Positions 18,533-28,632 of a stretch of DNA of 64,000 nucleotides are shown one piece after another. The DNA comes from Coraliomargaritaceae bacterium (lineage in GTDB: Bacteria; Verrucomicrobiota; Verrucomicrobiia; Opitutales; Coraliomargaritaceae): contig CBFHKU010000002.1 in assembly GCA_965656495.1 (NCBI GenBank), positions 160,001-224,000 of the forward strand, written 5' to 3'. Below the pieces are notes generated by a model that worked only from the letters and a program-made list of their open reading frames with translations, was not told the origin of the DNA and ran no database searches. Made by a program: the position numbers and the translations under genes. How positions within the stretch are numbered: the first letter of the stretch is position 1; the number at the start of each line of letters is the position of its first letter.

Positions 18533-21361
18533 TTAAGCGAGTTCGAGCGCAACGCTAACAATCTTCTTTGGAGCCAGCTCAAGTTGGAAACCGGCATCGT
18601 TCACTGCAAGTGCGTCGGAATCGTCTTCGTTTAGGTTCGTTAAGGTTGCGGATTTCAGTGCGAACTTGCAGTTCACAGGAGAGACGACGGTTTCGTCAGT
18701 CGGATTAAACACACGGAGCATGAGACGGTCACCACGAGCTTCGCCCGTCAGGCCGCTGAGTTGAACGCGGGCGTCCTCAATCTCAAGGAAACCTGCCGTA
18801 CTTGGGAGCGTGCCCTTGCGCGCCTTCGTCTCAGCAGCGATGAGCGGAGCGCTCTTGCGGTCGGCTTCCGAGAAGACCTTGGCAAGACCTTCACCACGGG
18901 CACCCGGATAGATGCTGTAGCTTAGCTCGTGCTCGCCTGCGCTTTGAGCAAGCTCACTCGGCTTGTGCTCCAAGTCAAAGTCGCCAGCGGTGCAGAGGTT
19001 GTTCTCATACGCACGCATCAGTGTCAGCGCGTAGGTGCGTGCGTCATCTTCGAGCACTTCGTATTCCTTCAAGCCGCCACTGATGAGTGTGAAGTTGCGG
19101 GAATCGTTGGCGATACCACTGAAGCGGAGCATTGGATAGGTGAGATGCGGCACGTAGTTGTATGGGTTCGCATCGTCCTTCGGAATACGACGTGTCACCA
19201 CATCGAACGGGCTTTCTGCGTAAGAGTCGTCACTTGCAACTGCAGTCGGGAACATCGCACGCAGACGGTGGTTGGTGCACTGGTTGTCAAAGCGAACGGT
19301 CACATCGAGACTCTTGGAAGTCACGTCGAGGGTGTAAACCACCTCGATCTTGAAGTGCTGCATATTCTCCGCCTTGCGCTCGGTCAGACGCCAGTCGAAG
19401 CGGTCGGTCGAGCGCGGAGTGGTCTTCGGAATCTGCAGCTCAAACTCGACCACGATCGATTGACGCACGGCACTGGACTCGGTCCATGTGCGAGTTGCCT
19501 TGGAGTCGAGCGAGTTGATCACGAGATCCTTGCCCGGCCCCATGTGTGTCCATGGGTGCCCCACCTCTCCATCGTCTTCGAAATAATTCAGGCCTGCGAA
19601 TTGCTCGCCGCTTGCCTTGTCGAGCAGATCGACAGTGCCGTTCTCGTTGACGGATACAGTGAGGTGCTCGTTCTCCATCCTGAATTCGCTGACGTCGACG
19701 TCTTCAGCTTCAGCGGCGTTCTCGTCGATTGTCAGAACGAAGGTCTTGTAACCCAGTGCCGGCACATCGCTCACTACAAAGGTCAGCTTGAACTCGTCAG
19801 CGTAAGACATCAGAGCCAAGTCCGCATGATCACGGAAGACCTTGTTCTTGTGCTCGGTCTGCGCCATGTCGTGCGCGACTACGTTGCCCTGATCATCCGC
19901 CAACTTGAAGCCCCTCCAATCAACTTCTGCCAAACCTTCGCCCGGTGCAAACTCGTTGACGAACTCACGCGGCACGTCGACGAATGCCTGCACCGTTTCG
20001 GTGCGTGCGGATGTGCTTGGATTGTAAACGGTGAGCACGACTGCCTTCCCAGAGAAGGAGCTGGTGTCGATTTGCCCTTGCAGCGAAAGTAACGACTCGC
20101 TCGTCACCATTTGCGCAACCGATTGCGCGTCCTTCATACGATAGATCGCGTCTTCTTCAAGGCGGTCGATTCCACAGCCTCCCACAGTATCATGCGGGTG
20201 ACACTTCATGACCTGCTTCCACGCCACATCGATAAACGGCTGCGGGAAGGCCTTGCCGTGGATGTTCGCCAGCGCGGCAAACGGCTCCGCCATGCGAGTG
20301 AGTTGATTCTCCGTTTCAAACAGCATCACCTTCTGGCGGGAGCGCGCCGAGATGATGTCGTTGGCTATATAGGAGTAGCCTAGATCATTCATCTTCACGT
20401 GGCGCGGTTCGCTGTCGAGCGTCGGCAATGCATCAAGATCCGGGCACGCATCCTTGATCGCTTGCGCGTACTTCGGCATCGAGCTCAGAAAGAAGGTTTC
20501 ATCATCACCAAGGTCTTGCTGGCAGAGGTCCAGCAACTCCTTCTCGCGCAAGTCCGGCGTGGAGGTATCCATTCCATGCATACAGGCGATGTGTTCAGTC
20601 GTGAAGTGTTCCTTCTCATCCTCAATCAGCTTGCGATAGGTCTCACGAGCCAACTCGCCGTTCATCTTGCGATCTTCCGGCAAGACATAGCCGTGGCTAA
20701 AGCGGTTCTCGGAGTTACAAAGCTTAAACGGTGCAGCGTCTTCAAACCAGTGCATGCGACGAAATAGACGATGCGCCAGACCCTCGTAGAGCGCTTCGCG
20801 CCAGACCCCAAAGTAAAAATTGTAACGCGCACCGGTGCCGAAGCGCGAGCAGAGCACCTTACTGCCATCCACACCCTTCCAAGCAAACTCGGCACCCGGC
20901 GCCTGTTCCTTGGTGATGCCACGATAGAAGAAGCAAACATCGATATCAAAACCACGGTAGATCTGCGGGAACTGTGAGCACTGCCCCCAGCCAAATGGCG
21001 TGTAACCAACTTTCATCACATCGCCGAACTCCTCAACGAGGCGATGCCCATAAAGCATGTTCCGCAAAATCGATTCACCGGAGATGCAATTCATATCCAG
21101 CGCAGAATACCAAGGCCCCGCATTGATGCGCCCTTCCTTGATATATTTGCCAATAATCGCCTTGTTCTCAGGGCGGATTTCAAAGTAGTCCTCAAGCGGA
21201 ACGGCTTGGGCATCCAACAGAAAACAATAGCCCGGAACCTTCTCCATGATCTCAACCAAATCATCGAGGAAATCCACGGTCATCTTGCGCGTGTGCTGAA
21301 AGTCCAGCGTCCACTCGCGGTCCAAGTGCGTGTTGGGTATAAAATGAGATTTAGTAGCCAT
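18533..21361 (-). CDS. GH38 alpha-mannosidase (MngB-like), no signal peptide
   Basis: THLDREW, FLLDAQ..LEDY, GPWY, GESILRN, PFGWGQ, HPHDTVGGCGID, HRLRAMFPT. Confidence 0.88.
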   Translation of the reverse strand: MATKSHFIPNTHLDREWTLDFQHTRKMTVDFLDDLVEIMEKVPGYCFLLDAQAVPLEDYFEIRPENKAIIGKYIKEGRINAGPWYSALDMNCISGESILRNMLYGHRLVEEFGDVMKVGYTPFGWGQCSQFPQIYRGFDIDVCFFYRGITKEQAPGAEFAWKGVDGSKVLCSRFGTGARYNFYFGVWREALYEGLAHRLFRRMHWFEDAAPFKLCNSENRFSHGYVLPEDRKMNGELARETYRKLIEDEKEHFTTEHIACMHGMDTSTPDLREKELLDLCQQDLGDDETFFLSSMPKYAQAIKDACPDLDALPTLDSEPRHVKMNDLGYSYIANDIISARSRQKVMLFETENQLTRMAEPFAALANIHGKAFPQPFIDVAWKQVMKCHPHDTVGGCGIDRLEEDAIYRMKDAQSVAQMVTSESLLSLQGQIDTSSFSGKAVVLTVYNPSTSARTETVQAFVDVPREFVNEFAPGEGLAEVDWRGFKLADDQGNVVAHDMAQTEHKNKVFRDHADLALMSYADEFKLTFVVSDVPALGYKTFVLTIDENAAEAEDVDVSEFRMENEHLTVSVNENGTVDLLDKASGEQFAGLNYFEDDGEVGHPWTHMGPGKDLVINSLDSKATRTWTESSAVRQSIVVEFELQIPKTTPRSTDRFDWRLTERKAENMQHFKIEVVYTLDVTSKSLDVTVRFDNQCTNHRLRAMFPTAVASDDSYAESPFDVVTRRIPKDDANPYNYVPHLTYPMLRFSGIANDSRNFTLISGGLKEYEVLEDDARTYALTLMRAYENNLCTAGDFDLEHKPSELAQSAGEHELSYSIYPGARGEGLAKVFSEADRKSAPLIAAETKARKGTLPSTAGFLEIEDARVQLSGLTGEARGDRLMLRVFNPTDETVVSPVNCKFALKSATLTNLNEDDSDALAVNDAGFQLELAPKKIVSVALELA

Positions 21362-21370
21362 AGTAAGTTA

Positions 21371-21394
21371 AAATGAGTAAACGTTTTTTCATTT
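21371..21394. promoter_or_regulatory. Putative LacI-family operator
   Basis: AAATGAGTAAACGTTTTTTCATTT: 10/12 symmetric pairs around a central CG, 9 bp from the GH38 start. Confidence 0.65.
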
Positions 21395-21552
21395 ACTTCA
21401 AGGAATGTGCAAGACAATTATTACCTTTCCATTGCCACCTTACGGAGCAGTATACAAGAAATCAAGCCGAGGCTTGATCCATAATGCATTATCATCCTTT
21501 CTCCCTTCGCCAGGAGAAGGCTCCAACCTGAACCATTGAAACTTCAATCAGC

Positions 21553-22530
21553 ATGTATTCTGCAAACAGATACGACCACCAGCCCTACAATCGAGTCGGC
21601 AACAGCGGTCTAAAACTTCCGGCAGTTTCTCTCGGAATGTGGCATAACTTTGGCCCCCATGACTCAGAGTCGAACCAAATTGAATTGCTGCAAACAGCGT
21701 TTGATAAGGGCATTACACACTTTGATTTAGCCGACAATTACGGAGGGGGGCATGCAGAAATCCATGTAGGCCGCATCCTTAGAAATCATTTCGCGCAGCA
21801 TCGCGACGAGCTCATCATTTCCACCAAGGCAGGTCATCCCATGTGGGATGGCCCCTACGGCAACTGGGGCTCACGCAAGCACATGCTCGCCGGACTCGAC
21901 CAAAGCCTACAGCGCCTAAAACTCGACTACGTCGACATCTACTACCACCATCGCCCCGATCCGCAAACACCGATCGAGGAAACTGCCCAAGCACTGGCCG
22001 ATACAGTGCGCCAAGGCAAGACACTCTACGTGGGCATCTCAAACTACCACGGCGAAGACGCGCGTCGTATGATTCAATGCATGCGAGAAACAGGCGTCCC
22101 TTGCCTGATCAATCAGCTACCCTTCAACATGCTTGATCGCAATGCCTCCGAATCCGGCGAATTCGATGCTCTAATTAAAGACGGCGTTGGCGCCATCACA
22201 TTCTCTCCTCTTGCCCAAGGTTTACTATCAAGCCGATACCTAAAAGGCATTCCTAAAAATTCACGTGCCGCAACTGAAGGGACCTGCCTGAAGCGAGACC
22301 AAGTAAGCGAGTCCCTGCGCGGCAAGGTCCAAAAAATCAACGACATCGCACTATCCCGCGGCCAAACTCTCGCACAAATGGCGCTCTGCTGGAATCTCAG
22401 CTTCTCTCCAGTTGCATCAGTCCTCATCGGAGCCAGTCAAGCCTCTCAAATCATTGAAAACGTCGAAGCGTTAAAAAAACCAAGTTTTTCAGTCGAAGAA
22501 CTGAATCGAATCCAAGAGGTAATCAATTGA
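21553..22530 (+). CDS. Aldo/keto reductase, YghZ/Gpr-like
   Basis: SGLKLPAVSLGMWHNFG, THFDLADNYG, ISTKAG, DYVDIYYHHRPD, FSPLAQGLL. Confidence 0.9.
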   Translation: MYSANRYDHQPYNRVGNSGLKLPAVSLGMWHNFGPHDSESNQIELLQTAFDKGITHFDLADNYGGGHAEIHVGRILRNHFAQHRDELIISTKAGHPMWDGPYGNWGSRKHMLAGLDQSLQRLKLDYVDIYYHHRPDPQTPIEETAQALADTVRQGKTLYVGISNYHGEDARRMIQCMRETGVPCLINQLPFNMLDRNASESGEFDALIKDGVGAITFSPLAQGLLSSRYLKGIPKNSRAATEGTCLKRDQVSESLRGKVQKINDIALSRGQTLAQMALCWNLSFSPVASVLIGASQASQIIENVEALKKPSFSVEELNRIQEVIN

Positions 22531-22610
22531 GAGAGTGCCTAGCTGGGTTTAATCCTTTAAGCCAATATTCTCGTGACAAGCATCGCTGTTTTACCACTAT
22601 TTTACCACAA

Positions 22611-23636
22611 ATGCCAAAACGTATTACCTCCATCAAAGAAATCGCCAAGCTAGCAGGGTGCTCCATTGCAACAGTCTCCAACACCCTCAACAACAAGGGG
22701 CGAATCAGCAAGGAGGTCAGAGACAAGGTGCACCTTATTTGCCAAAAGCACGGCTATTCCCCGAACTCCGCCGGTCGCAACCTCCGCCGCCGGCAAAACG
22801 AAACAATTGGCCTCCTCTTCTACCCCAACTGTGGCGCGATCTTCCGCAACATCTTCTACGCAGAAGTCATGGAAGCTCTCGAAGCAGAAACCGCCGGTAA
22901 GGGGTATGATTTACTGCTCGCGGGCTTCGACAGCAGTGGTTCCAAAGATAGTATGCCGCGCTTTGTACAACAAGGAAAAGTCGATGGTATTGTCATGCTG
23001 GGCCGCTTTCCACGGGTGGATGTTAAACGCATCAACCGCTATGGCGTACCAATCCTCCAGCTGGATAACTTCCGCAGTCAAATCAAAGTCGATTATGTTA
23101 CCTCCGACGGATTTAACGGCTGTAAGAAGATCGTCGACGAGCTTGTTAAACTGGGCCACCGCCGCTTTATCTTTATGGCTTACTCGCATGAGGACACCAA
23201 TGCCGATCAACGCGAATCCGGCTTCCTTGCAGCAGTCGAAGCACACAAATTGCCGAAGACATCCAGTGCCAGTATTCGCGACTTTGAGGATTATCAAACC
23301 GCTTACAGTCGCCTCAAAAAACGTCTCCAGTCCAAGCACCCTCCGACCGCAGTGGTCGCCGTCAATGACACGCTCGCAATTGAGCTACAAGAATGCCTTC
23401 AGCAGGATGGCTACTCCATCCCCGACGACATCAGCATCGTAGGCTTTGACGATGACGACATCTGCCTGAAAGCGACACCACAAATGTCCTCCGTGCGTGT
23501 GAATAAAAAGCTCCTGGGAAAAACCGGTGCTCAGATAATCATTGATCGAATCTGCAACCCACAGAAAACTACCGAAAGCGTGCATCTACCCGTTGAGGTC
23601 GTTTTCCGCGAGTCAGTGGGCAAGCCCGCGCACTGA
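22611..23636 (+). CDS. LacI-family transcriptional regulator
   Basis: SIKEIAKLAGCSIATVSNTLN HTH; YSPNSAGRNL hinge; IPDDISIVGFDD. Start moved to MPKR (22611). Confidence 0.95.
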   Translation: MPKRITSIKEIAKLAGCSIATVSNTLNNKGRISKEVRDKVHLICQKHGYSPNSAGRNLRRRQNETIGLLFYPNCGAIFRNIFYAEVMEALEAETAGKGYDLLLAGFDSSGSKDSMPRFVQQGKVDGIVMLGRFPRVDVKRINRYGVPILQLDNFRSQIKVDYVTSDGFNGCKKIVDELVKLGHRRFIFMAYSHEDTNADQRESGFLAAVEAHKLPKTSSASIRDFEDYQTAYSRLKKRLQSKHPPTAVVAVNDTLAIELQECLQQDGYSIPDDISIVGFDDDDICLKATPQMSSVRVNKKLLGKTGAQIIIDRICNPQKTTESVHLPVEVVFRESVGKPAH

Positions 23637-23716
23637 TATTTTCAGGCACTGCCAAACATCGCGATGACAACGGGACCAGTCGTGATTTTAAAGGTTGAAA
23701 TTTAGCCTTGCATCAT

Positions 23717-23733
23717 AGATTAAACGTTTATCT
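23717..23733. promoter_or_regulatory. Putative LacI-family operator
   Basis: Perfect palindrome TAAACGTTTA (23721-23730), 11 bp before the ATG at 23742. Confidence 0.65.
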
Positions 23734-23741
23734 GTTTTGAT

Positions 23742-25013
23742 ATGAAATCACACCCTTACTTCGAAGGACACGCACTCAAGGACGGGAAGCTCTGGGTGAA
23801 CGGCGAGCACCGGTTCCTTAAAACCGGCAAACCACTGCGCGATTACGGCAATGCCGAACAAATTGAAGCGCTGATCGCAGATTTACCGATCATTGCCGAC
23901 AAGGGCTACAACAACATCGCAATCAACTGCTACTGGCATCACTTCAATCCCTCGGGTGACGGCGCGATTGAGATCTCCGTCGAACCACTCAAGAAGTTGA
24001 TAGCGGCAATCCGGGAACATGGCATCTATGTCAGTCTCTCAGTCGAAACCTATGGAGTCGGCGGCGGTCAAATTCCAGAAGGCTTTTGGAACAACCACCC
24101 GAAGGCGCTTGCGGTCAACCATCACGGCGAGTTCTCCTCCGACACCGAATACGGCTACGGCACTAAGGTGCCTTCCCTGTTCTACGGAGCCTATCTAACT
24201 GCATCACGCGCTTACATGACAAACCTTGTCGCGGCGCTTGGAGCAGAAAACTTCCTCTACTTTGAAACCACCGTTGAGCCTCAATTCATGGGGGCACAAT
24301 GGCTGGATTATAGCGAAGCGGCTAAAAAAGCATACACCGAATGGCTTAAAAACAACGGCGATGCGGACTCCCAACCCTTTCCCGAGACCTTCCCCGCCAG
24401 CGAAGCATTTCGCACCAGCAAGTCTTGGAATACCTTCCGTGCCCAAGCACTCGCGGGCTGGATCAATGGCGACGCTCAAGCACTGCGCAAAGGCTCGAGT
24501 CACCCAGAAATTTGGATCGCAAGCGACTATCTCGACGCCGAAGACTTTACACTGCAACAGCGCTGCGGCGACCCGCTCGAGCTTCTGCGCAACATGACTG
24601 AGACCGATATCATCCAAGTCAACTGGGCATGGTGTAATATCGACCGCAAGCCCAACCAGAAGGCCTACGACCGCGTCATGCAAGTCATGCAAGAGACCGG
24701 ACGCGACTGGGTCGTGACTGAGCACATGACAATTAACGGCGCCGACTACTTTGAGAGCGATATGGACGGCCTACTGCGTAATACCTTGGAGAATGGCACT
24801 CACTTCGGCTGGGAGTTTGTTGATATTTGTGCCGACACCGATAGTCCGGACACCAAGCCAAATGATATTCTACCGGGTGACTTCAAGCCACAACATTTCT
24901 CTGTCTATAATGCCGATTGGAGCCCAAAACCGCCGATGAAGGTCGTCGAAGAAAACTGGGCTCAATGGATGGATATGGCAGTTGCCAGTAACGCCCCTAT
25001 AGTCGAAGCATAA
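23742..25013 (+). CDS. Putative clan GH-A-like glycoside hydrolase (GH35/GH42-like TIM barrel), cytoplasmic
   Basis: LWVNGEHRF, GYNNIAINCYWHHFNP, IPEGFW; YFETTVEPQF (acid/base-like); WVVTEH (nucleophile-like); no signal peptide. Confidence 0.6.
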   Translation: MKSHPYFEGHALKDGKLWVNGEHRFLKTGKPLRDYGNAEQIEALIADLPIIADKGYNNIAINCYWHHFNPSGDGAIEISVEPLKKLIAAIREHGIYVSLSVETYGVGGGQIPEGFWNNHPKALAVNHHGEFSSDTEYGYGTKVPSLFYGAYLTASRAYMTNLVAALGAENFLYFETTVEPQFMGAQWLDYSEAAKKAYTEWLKNNGDADSQPFPETFPASEAFRTSKSWNTFRAQALAGWINGDAQALRKGSSHPEIWIASDYLDAEDFTLQQRCGDPLELLRNMTETDIIQVNWAWCNIDRKPNQKAYDRVMQVMQETGRDWVVTEHMTINGADYFESDMDGLLRNTLENGTHFGWEFVDICADTDSPDTKPNDILPGDFKPQHFSVYNADWSPKPPMKVVEENWAQWMDMAVASNAPIVEA

Positions 25014-25032
25014 TTTTATAAACCAACATCCC

Positions 25033-26349
25033 ATGAAACAAACCTTCCAAAGACTTACGGCAGGTGCGATCTATGCTCTACTCGGCAGCCTTGGCACAAC
25101 TGGCTGCGCAACGAACGAGCAAACTAAAGCTCAACCCGTGCCGACTGCCAATGGCATCACCGGTAAAGTGTTTGCCGGTTACCAAGGCTGGTATCGCACG
25201 CCGACCGATGGCTCAGGGCTTGGTTGGGAGCACTACGAAACTTATGACGAAGACTTCACTCCTGGTGAAGCTGGCATCGATTTTTGGCCGGACGAAAGCG
25301 AACTAACAGAAGCCGAAAAATATGTCACTGAATTCAAGCACGCGGACGGCAGCCCGGCATATGTATTCACCTCAGAAAATGCGACAACAGTTGACCGCCA
25401 CTTTAAGTGGATGAAAAACTATGGTATCGATGGCGTCTTCCTACAGCGCTTCGCCCACGATGTACTCGAGGGCGGGCACCACCAGTGGAGGCTACTGCAA
25501 CCCTCCAACAATAAGATCGCTGCGTATGTGCAGCAGGGCGCTCAGGCACACGACCGTGCTTACTCAATCATGTATGACTTCTCCAGTATTCGCCATGGCG
25601 AGATGCACCTGATAATGGATGATTGGCGAGGCCTTTGCGATCGCCTTGGCCTGCTGGAAGATCCGAACTATCTGCATGAAAATGGCAAACCACTGGTTGC
25701 GATCTGGGGTGTCGGTTTTTCAGACGGACGCAAATATACCTTGGATGAAGTCGCGACCTTTATCGACTTCCTCAAGAACGACCCGGAATACGGCGGCTGC
25801 AGCGTGATGCTTGGCGTGCCTACCTACTGGCGCGAACTAACCAGAGACGCGGTCAGCGACCCAAAACTCCACGACCTAATCCGCAGCGCCGACGTCGTGC
25901 TACCCTGGACCGTGGGTCGTTTCGGTGGTTCGCAAGCGGCACTCAAGCGTGGTGCCGATTACGTCGCACCCGACCAAGCATGGTGCGATGCCAATGGCGT
26001 AAAATACATGCCCCTCGCCTTCCCTGGCTTCAGTTGGGCCAATCGAAAAATCAAGCAAAACCCGAATGTGAAGTTTAACCATATCCCACGTGAAGACGGC
26101 CTTTTTATGTGGTCGCAAGCAATCGCCGCCAAGCGTGCAGGCGCTGAAACCCTTTACCTCGCTATGTTCGATGAGATGGATGAAGGCACACAGATTTTCA
26201 AAGTCAGCAACAACCCACCGGTCGGTGAAACCCGGTTTCTGACTTATGAACCACACGCGCCTGATTATTACCTACGCCTAAGCGGTGCGATTGGCCGCCT
26301 GCTTCGTGACGAAATTCCAGCCACCAATACCCTGCCTAAACAATTTTAA
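25033..26349 (+). CDS. GH99/GH71-like glycoside hydrolase, probable lipoprotein
   Basis: GKVFAGYQGWY, FWPD, VDRHFKWMKNYGIDGVFLQRF, PGFSW, AMFDEMDEGT; LGTTG-C lipobox-like signal. Confidence 0.78.
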   Translation: MKQTFQRLTAGAIYALLGSLGTTGCATNEQTKAQPVPTANGITGKVFAGYQGWYRTPTDGSGLGWEHYETYDEDFTPGEAGIDFWPDESELTEAEKYVTEFKHADGSPAYVFTSENATTVDRHFKWMKNYGIDGVFLQRFAHDVLEGGHHQWRLLQPSNNKIAAYVQQGAQAHDRAYSIMYDFSSIRHGEMHLIMDDWRGLCDRLGLLEDPNYLHENGKPLVAIWGVGFSDGRKYTLDEVATFIDFLKNDPEYGGCSVMLGVPTYWRELTRDAVSDPKLHDLIRSADVVLPWTVGRFGGSQAALKRGADYVAPDQAWCDANGVKYMPLAFPGFSWANRKIKQNPNVKFNHIPREDGLFMWSQAIAAKRAGAETLYLAMFDEMDEGTQIFKVSNNPPVGETRFLTYEPHAPDYYLRLSGAIGRLLRDEIPATNTLPKQF

Positions 26350-26393
26350 CCCCAAAAGGCACATAAGCAGTCTATTGCTTCGCCAACTACGCT

Positions 26394-28409
26394 ATGTCCG
26401 CACTCAGTTCAATCGACATCACAATTATCGTTGCCTACCTCTTCCTTACGATGGCGGTCGGTCTCTACATGACAAAACAGGCCTCCAAGAGCCTCGATCA
26501 CTACTTCCTCGGAGGTCGCTCACTACCCTGGTATTTCCTTGGTATGGCTGGCATGGCTATGTGGTTTGATTTGACGGGCACCATGATCATCACTGCCTTC
26601 CTATACATGCTCGGGCCCAAGGGTTTGTTCGTAGAGTTTCGTGGTGGCGCCGTTCTAATTCTAGCCTTCTTGATCTGTTACACAGGCAAATGGCACCGAC
26701 GTTCGGGTTGTATGACCGGCGCGGAATGGATCGCTTACCGATTCGGCACAGGTGCCGAAGCAAAATGGATGCGTGTCTTTAAAGCGGCATCAACCTTCCT
26801 AATTACGATTGTGCTACTCGCCTATCTCGTCCGCGGAACCAGTCTTTTCGTCGGAATGTTCATCCCCTATTCGCCGATGGTCGTCACCGGCATCATCATG
26901 GGAGCCTGTGCCCTTTACACCATGATGGCGGGTTTTTACGGAGTTGTGCTAACCGACGTAGTGCAGGGCGCCATTGTTTTGATTTCCTGTATCATTGTCT
27001 CGGTCATGGCTTTCATGATGGTTCCTGACGTTGGCTTCATCGCGGATCTGGCTCAGCAAGTGACCGGTAACACCACCTGGACCGAGAGTATGCCCAAGTG
27101 GCAAACCGAGATGCCGCCAGGCTACGGCGATTATGAGTTCCTCATCTTTATCGCCTTCTTCTATCTATTACGCAACGTCCTCTACGGCCCGGGCACAGGT
27201 GACGAGAACCGCTATTTTGGCGCAAAAAGCGATCGTGACTGCGGTCTGCAGTCCATGCTCCAAGGCGTCACGGTGGCCTTCCGCTGGCCCATGATGATGG
27301 GCTTTGCGGTCATGGGCTTGTTCCTTGTCAGCAATCTATTCCCCGACATGAGCAAAACGGTGGATGCGGTCCAAGCGATCAAGCAATACCACCCCGAGAT
27401 CGTTGAAACCAAGGGCATGTGGAACGAGTTGACCACCAGTATCGTCAACGCCCCCGAGAAGCAAGACCCAGCCCTTATCCAAAGCCTCGAAACATCCCTG
27501 GGCGAAGACTGGAGAAATCGTCTGGTTGTGATTGCCTTTGAAGGCGGGGTCAATCCGGAGCAAATCCTTCCTGCCGTCCTACTCAACAGCATTCCAACTG
27601 GTCTCAAGGGCTTGCTAATGGTCGCGATGCTCGCGGCTATGATGTCGACCCTTACAGGTGAAGTGAATAAGACATCCGCTCAATTCGTTAAGGATATCTA
27701 CAAAGCTTCACTCCGCAAAACCGCCGGGAATAAGGAACTGATCGCAGCCGCTTACGTCTCCTCTGCTTTCATTGTGGTCGCATCCTTCGTGATCGGCATC
27801 TACGCCGAAAGTATCGACGAAATTTGGAAGTGGTTCCTCATGGGCCTCACTGCAGGCTCGATCGGTCCTTACGTTCTGCGTCTCTACTGGTGGCGTTGTA
27901 ATGCCTGGGGCCAAATTGGCGGCACCGTGATCGGTGGCGTCTCCGCAATCGTTCAGTATGCTATCTGGCCGGACCTGGACCAAGTGCCCCTGTTCATCAT
28001 CATGACAAGCATCTCAGTGATCGGGACCGTAGGTCTATCCTACCTGACCCCAGCGACACCCATGCCGATCCTGTTGAATTTCTACAAAACGACCCGCCCA
28101 TTCGGATGGTGGGGACCCCTGAAGAAACAAATGGATCCAGAAGAATATAAGCTCTGGGCCAAGGAACACCGCGTCGATATCATCTCAGTACCGTTTGTGA
28201 TGCTCGCGCAGATTACAATCTTCCTCCTGCCGATGCAGTTGATCATTAAGGCTTACAGCTCCTTCTTCATCACACTCCCAATCTTCCTAGTGTCTGCCGC
28301 AGGCGTTTACTGGTTCTGGTGGCGTAACCTGCCAACCAAGGACAACCCAGGCACCGATCGAGCCGACCCAATGGCGGGCGTGCGCGAACTAGAGCAAGCG
28401 GAGACTTAG
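26394..28409 (+). CDS. Sodium:solute symporter (SSS family)
   Basis: YFLGGRSLPW, about 14 hydrophobic segments, GVVLTDVVQG, GLKGLLMVAMLAAMMST. Confidence 0.92.
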   Translation: MSALSSIDITIIVAYLFLTMAVGLYMTKQASKSLDHYFLGGRSLPWYFLGMAGMAMWFDLTGTMIITAFLYMLGPKGLFVEFRGGAVLILAFLICYTGKWHRRSGCMTGAEWIAYRFGTGAEAKWMRVFKAASTFLITIVLLAYLVRGTSLFVGMFIPYSPMVVTGIIMGACALYTMMAGFYGVVLTDVVQGAIVLISCIIVSVMAFMMVPDVGFIADLAQQVTGNTTWTESMPKWQTEMPPGYGDYEFLIFIAFFYLLRNVLYGPGTGDENRYFGAKSDRDCGLQSMLQGVTVAFRWPMMMGFAVMGLFLVSNLFPDMSKTVDAVQAIKQYHPEIVETKGMWNELTTSIVNAPEKQDPALIQSLETSLGEDWRNRLVVIAFEGGVNPEQILPAVLLNSIPTGLKGLLMVAMLAAMMSTLTGEVNKTSAQFVKDIYKASLRKTAGNKELIAAAYVSSAFIVVASFVIGIYAESIDEIWKWFLMGLTAGSIGPYVLRLYWWRCNAWGQIGGTVIGGVSAIVQYAIWPDLDQVPLFIIMTSISVIGTVGLSYLTPATPMPILLNFYKTTRPFGWWGPLKKQMDPEEYKLWAKEHRVDIISVPFVMLAQITIFLLPMQLIIKAYSSFFITLPIFLVSAAGVYWFWWRNLPTKDNPGTDRADPMAGVRELEQAET

Positions 28410-28453
28410 ATCCGCCCAAAAAATCAAGGACTTACACCGCTGATGCGGTAACC

Positions 28454-28495
28454 AGCCCTCCCCCTTTGCTTGCCAAAGCGACCGGAGGGCTTTTT
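28454..28495 (+). terminator. Intrinsic terminator
   Basis: AGCCCTCC...GGAGGGCT stem followed by TTTT, downstream of the SSS gene. Confidence 0.65.
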
Positions 28496-28632
28496 ACCTG
28501 TCCTACCAAGCTGTGAATTTTCCAGCTAAACTGACTTATCGGCAGGGTAGCATGTCCTCATGCAGGCGAAAGACTTCCCAAGCATTCTACAAGTAAAAGT
28601 CGCAGCCTGTTATAATTGGCAGCCAGGCTCAA

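Noticed and set aside
18929..20092. 387-aa plus-strand ORF, and similar long ORFs at 13710-14549, 34037-35110, 54625-55524 and 59297-60217
   Set aside because: All lie antisense to well-supported genes and lack protein-family motifs.
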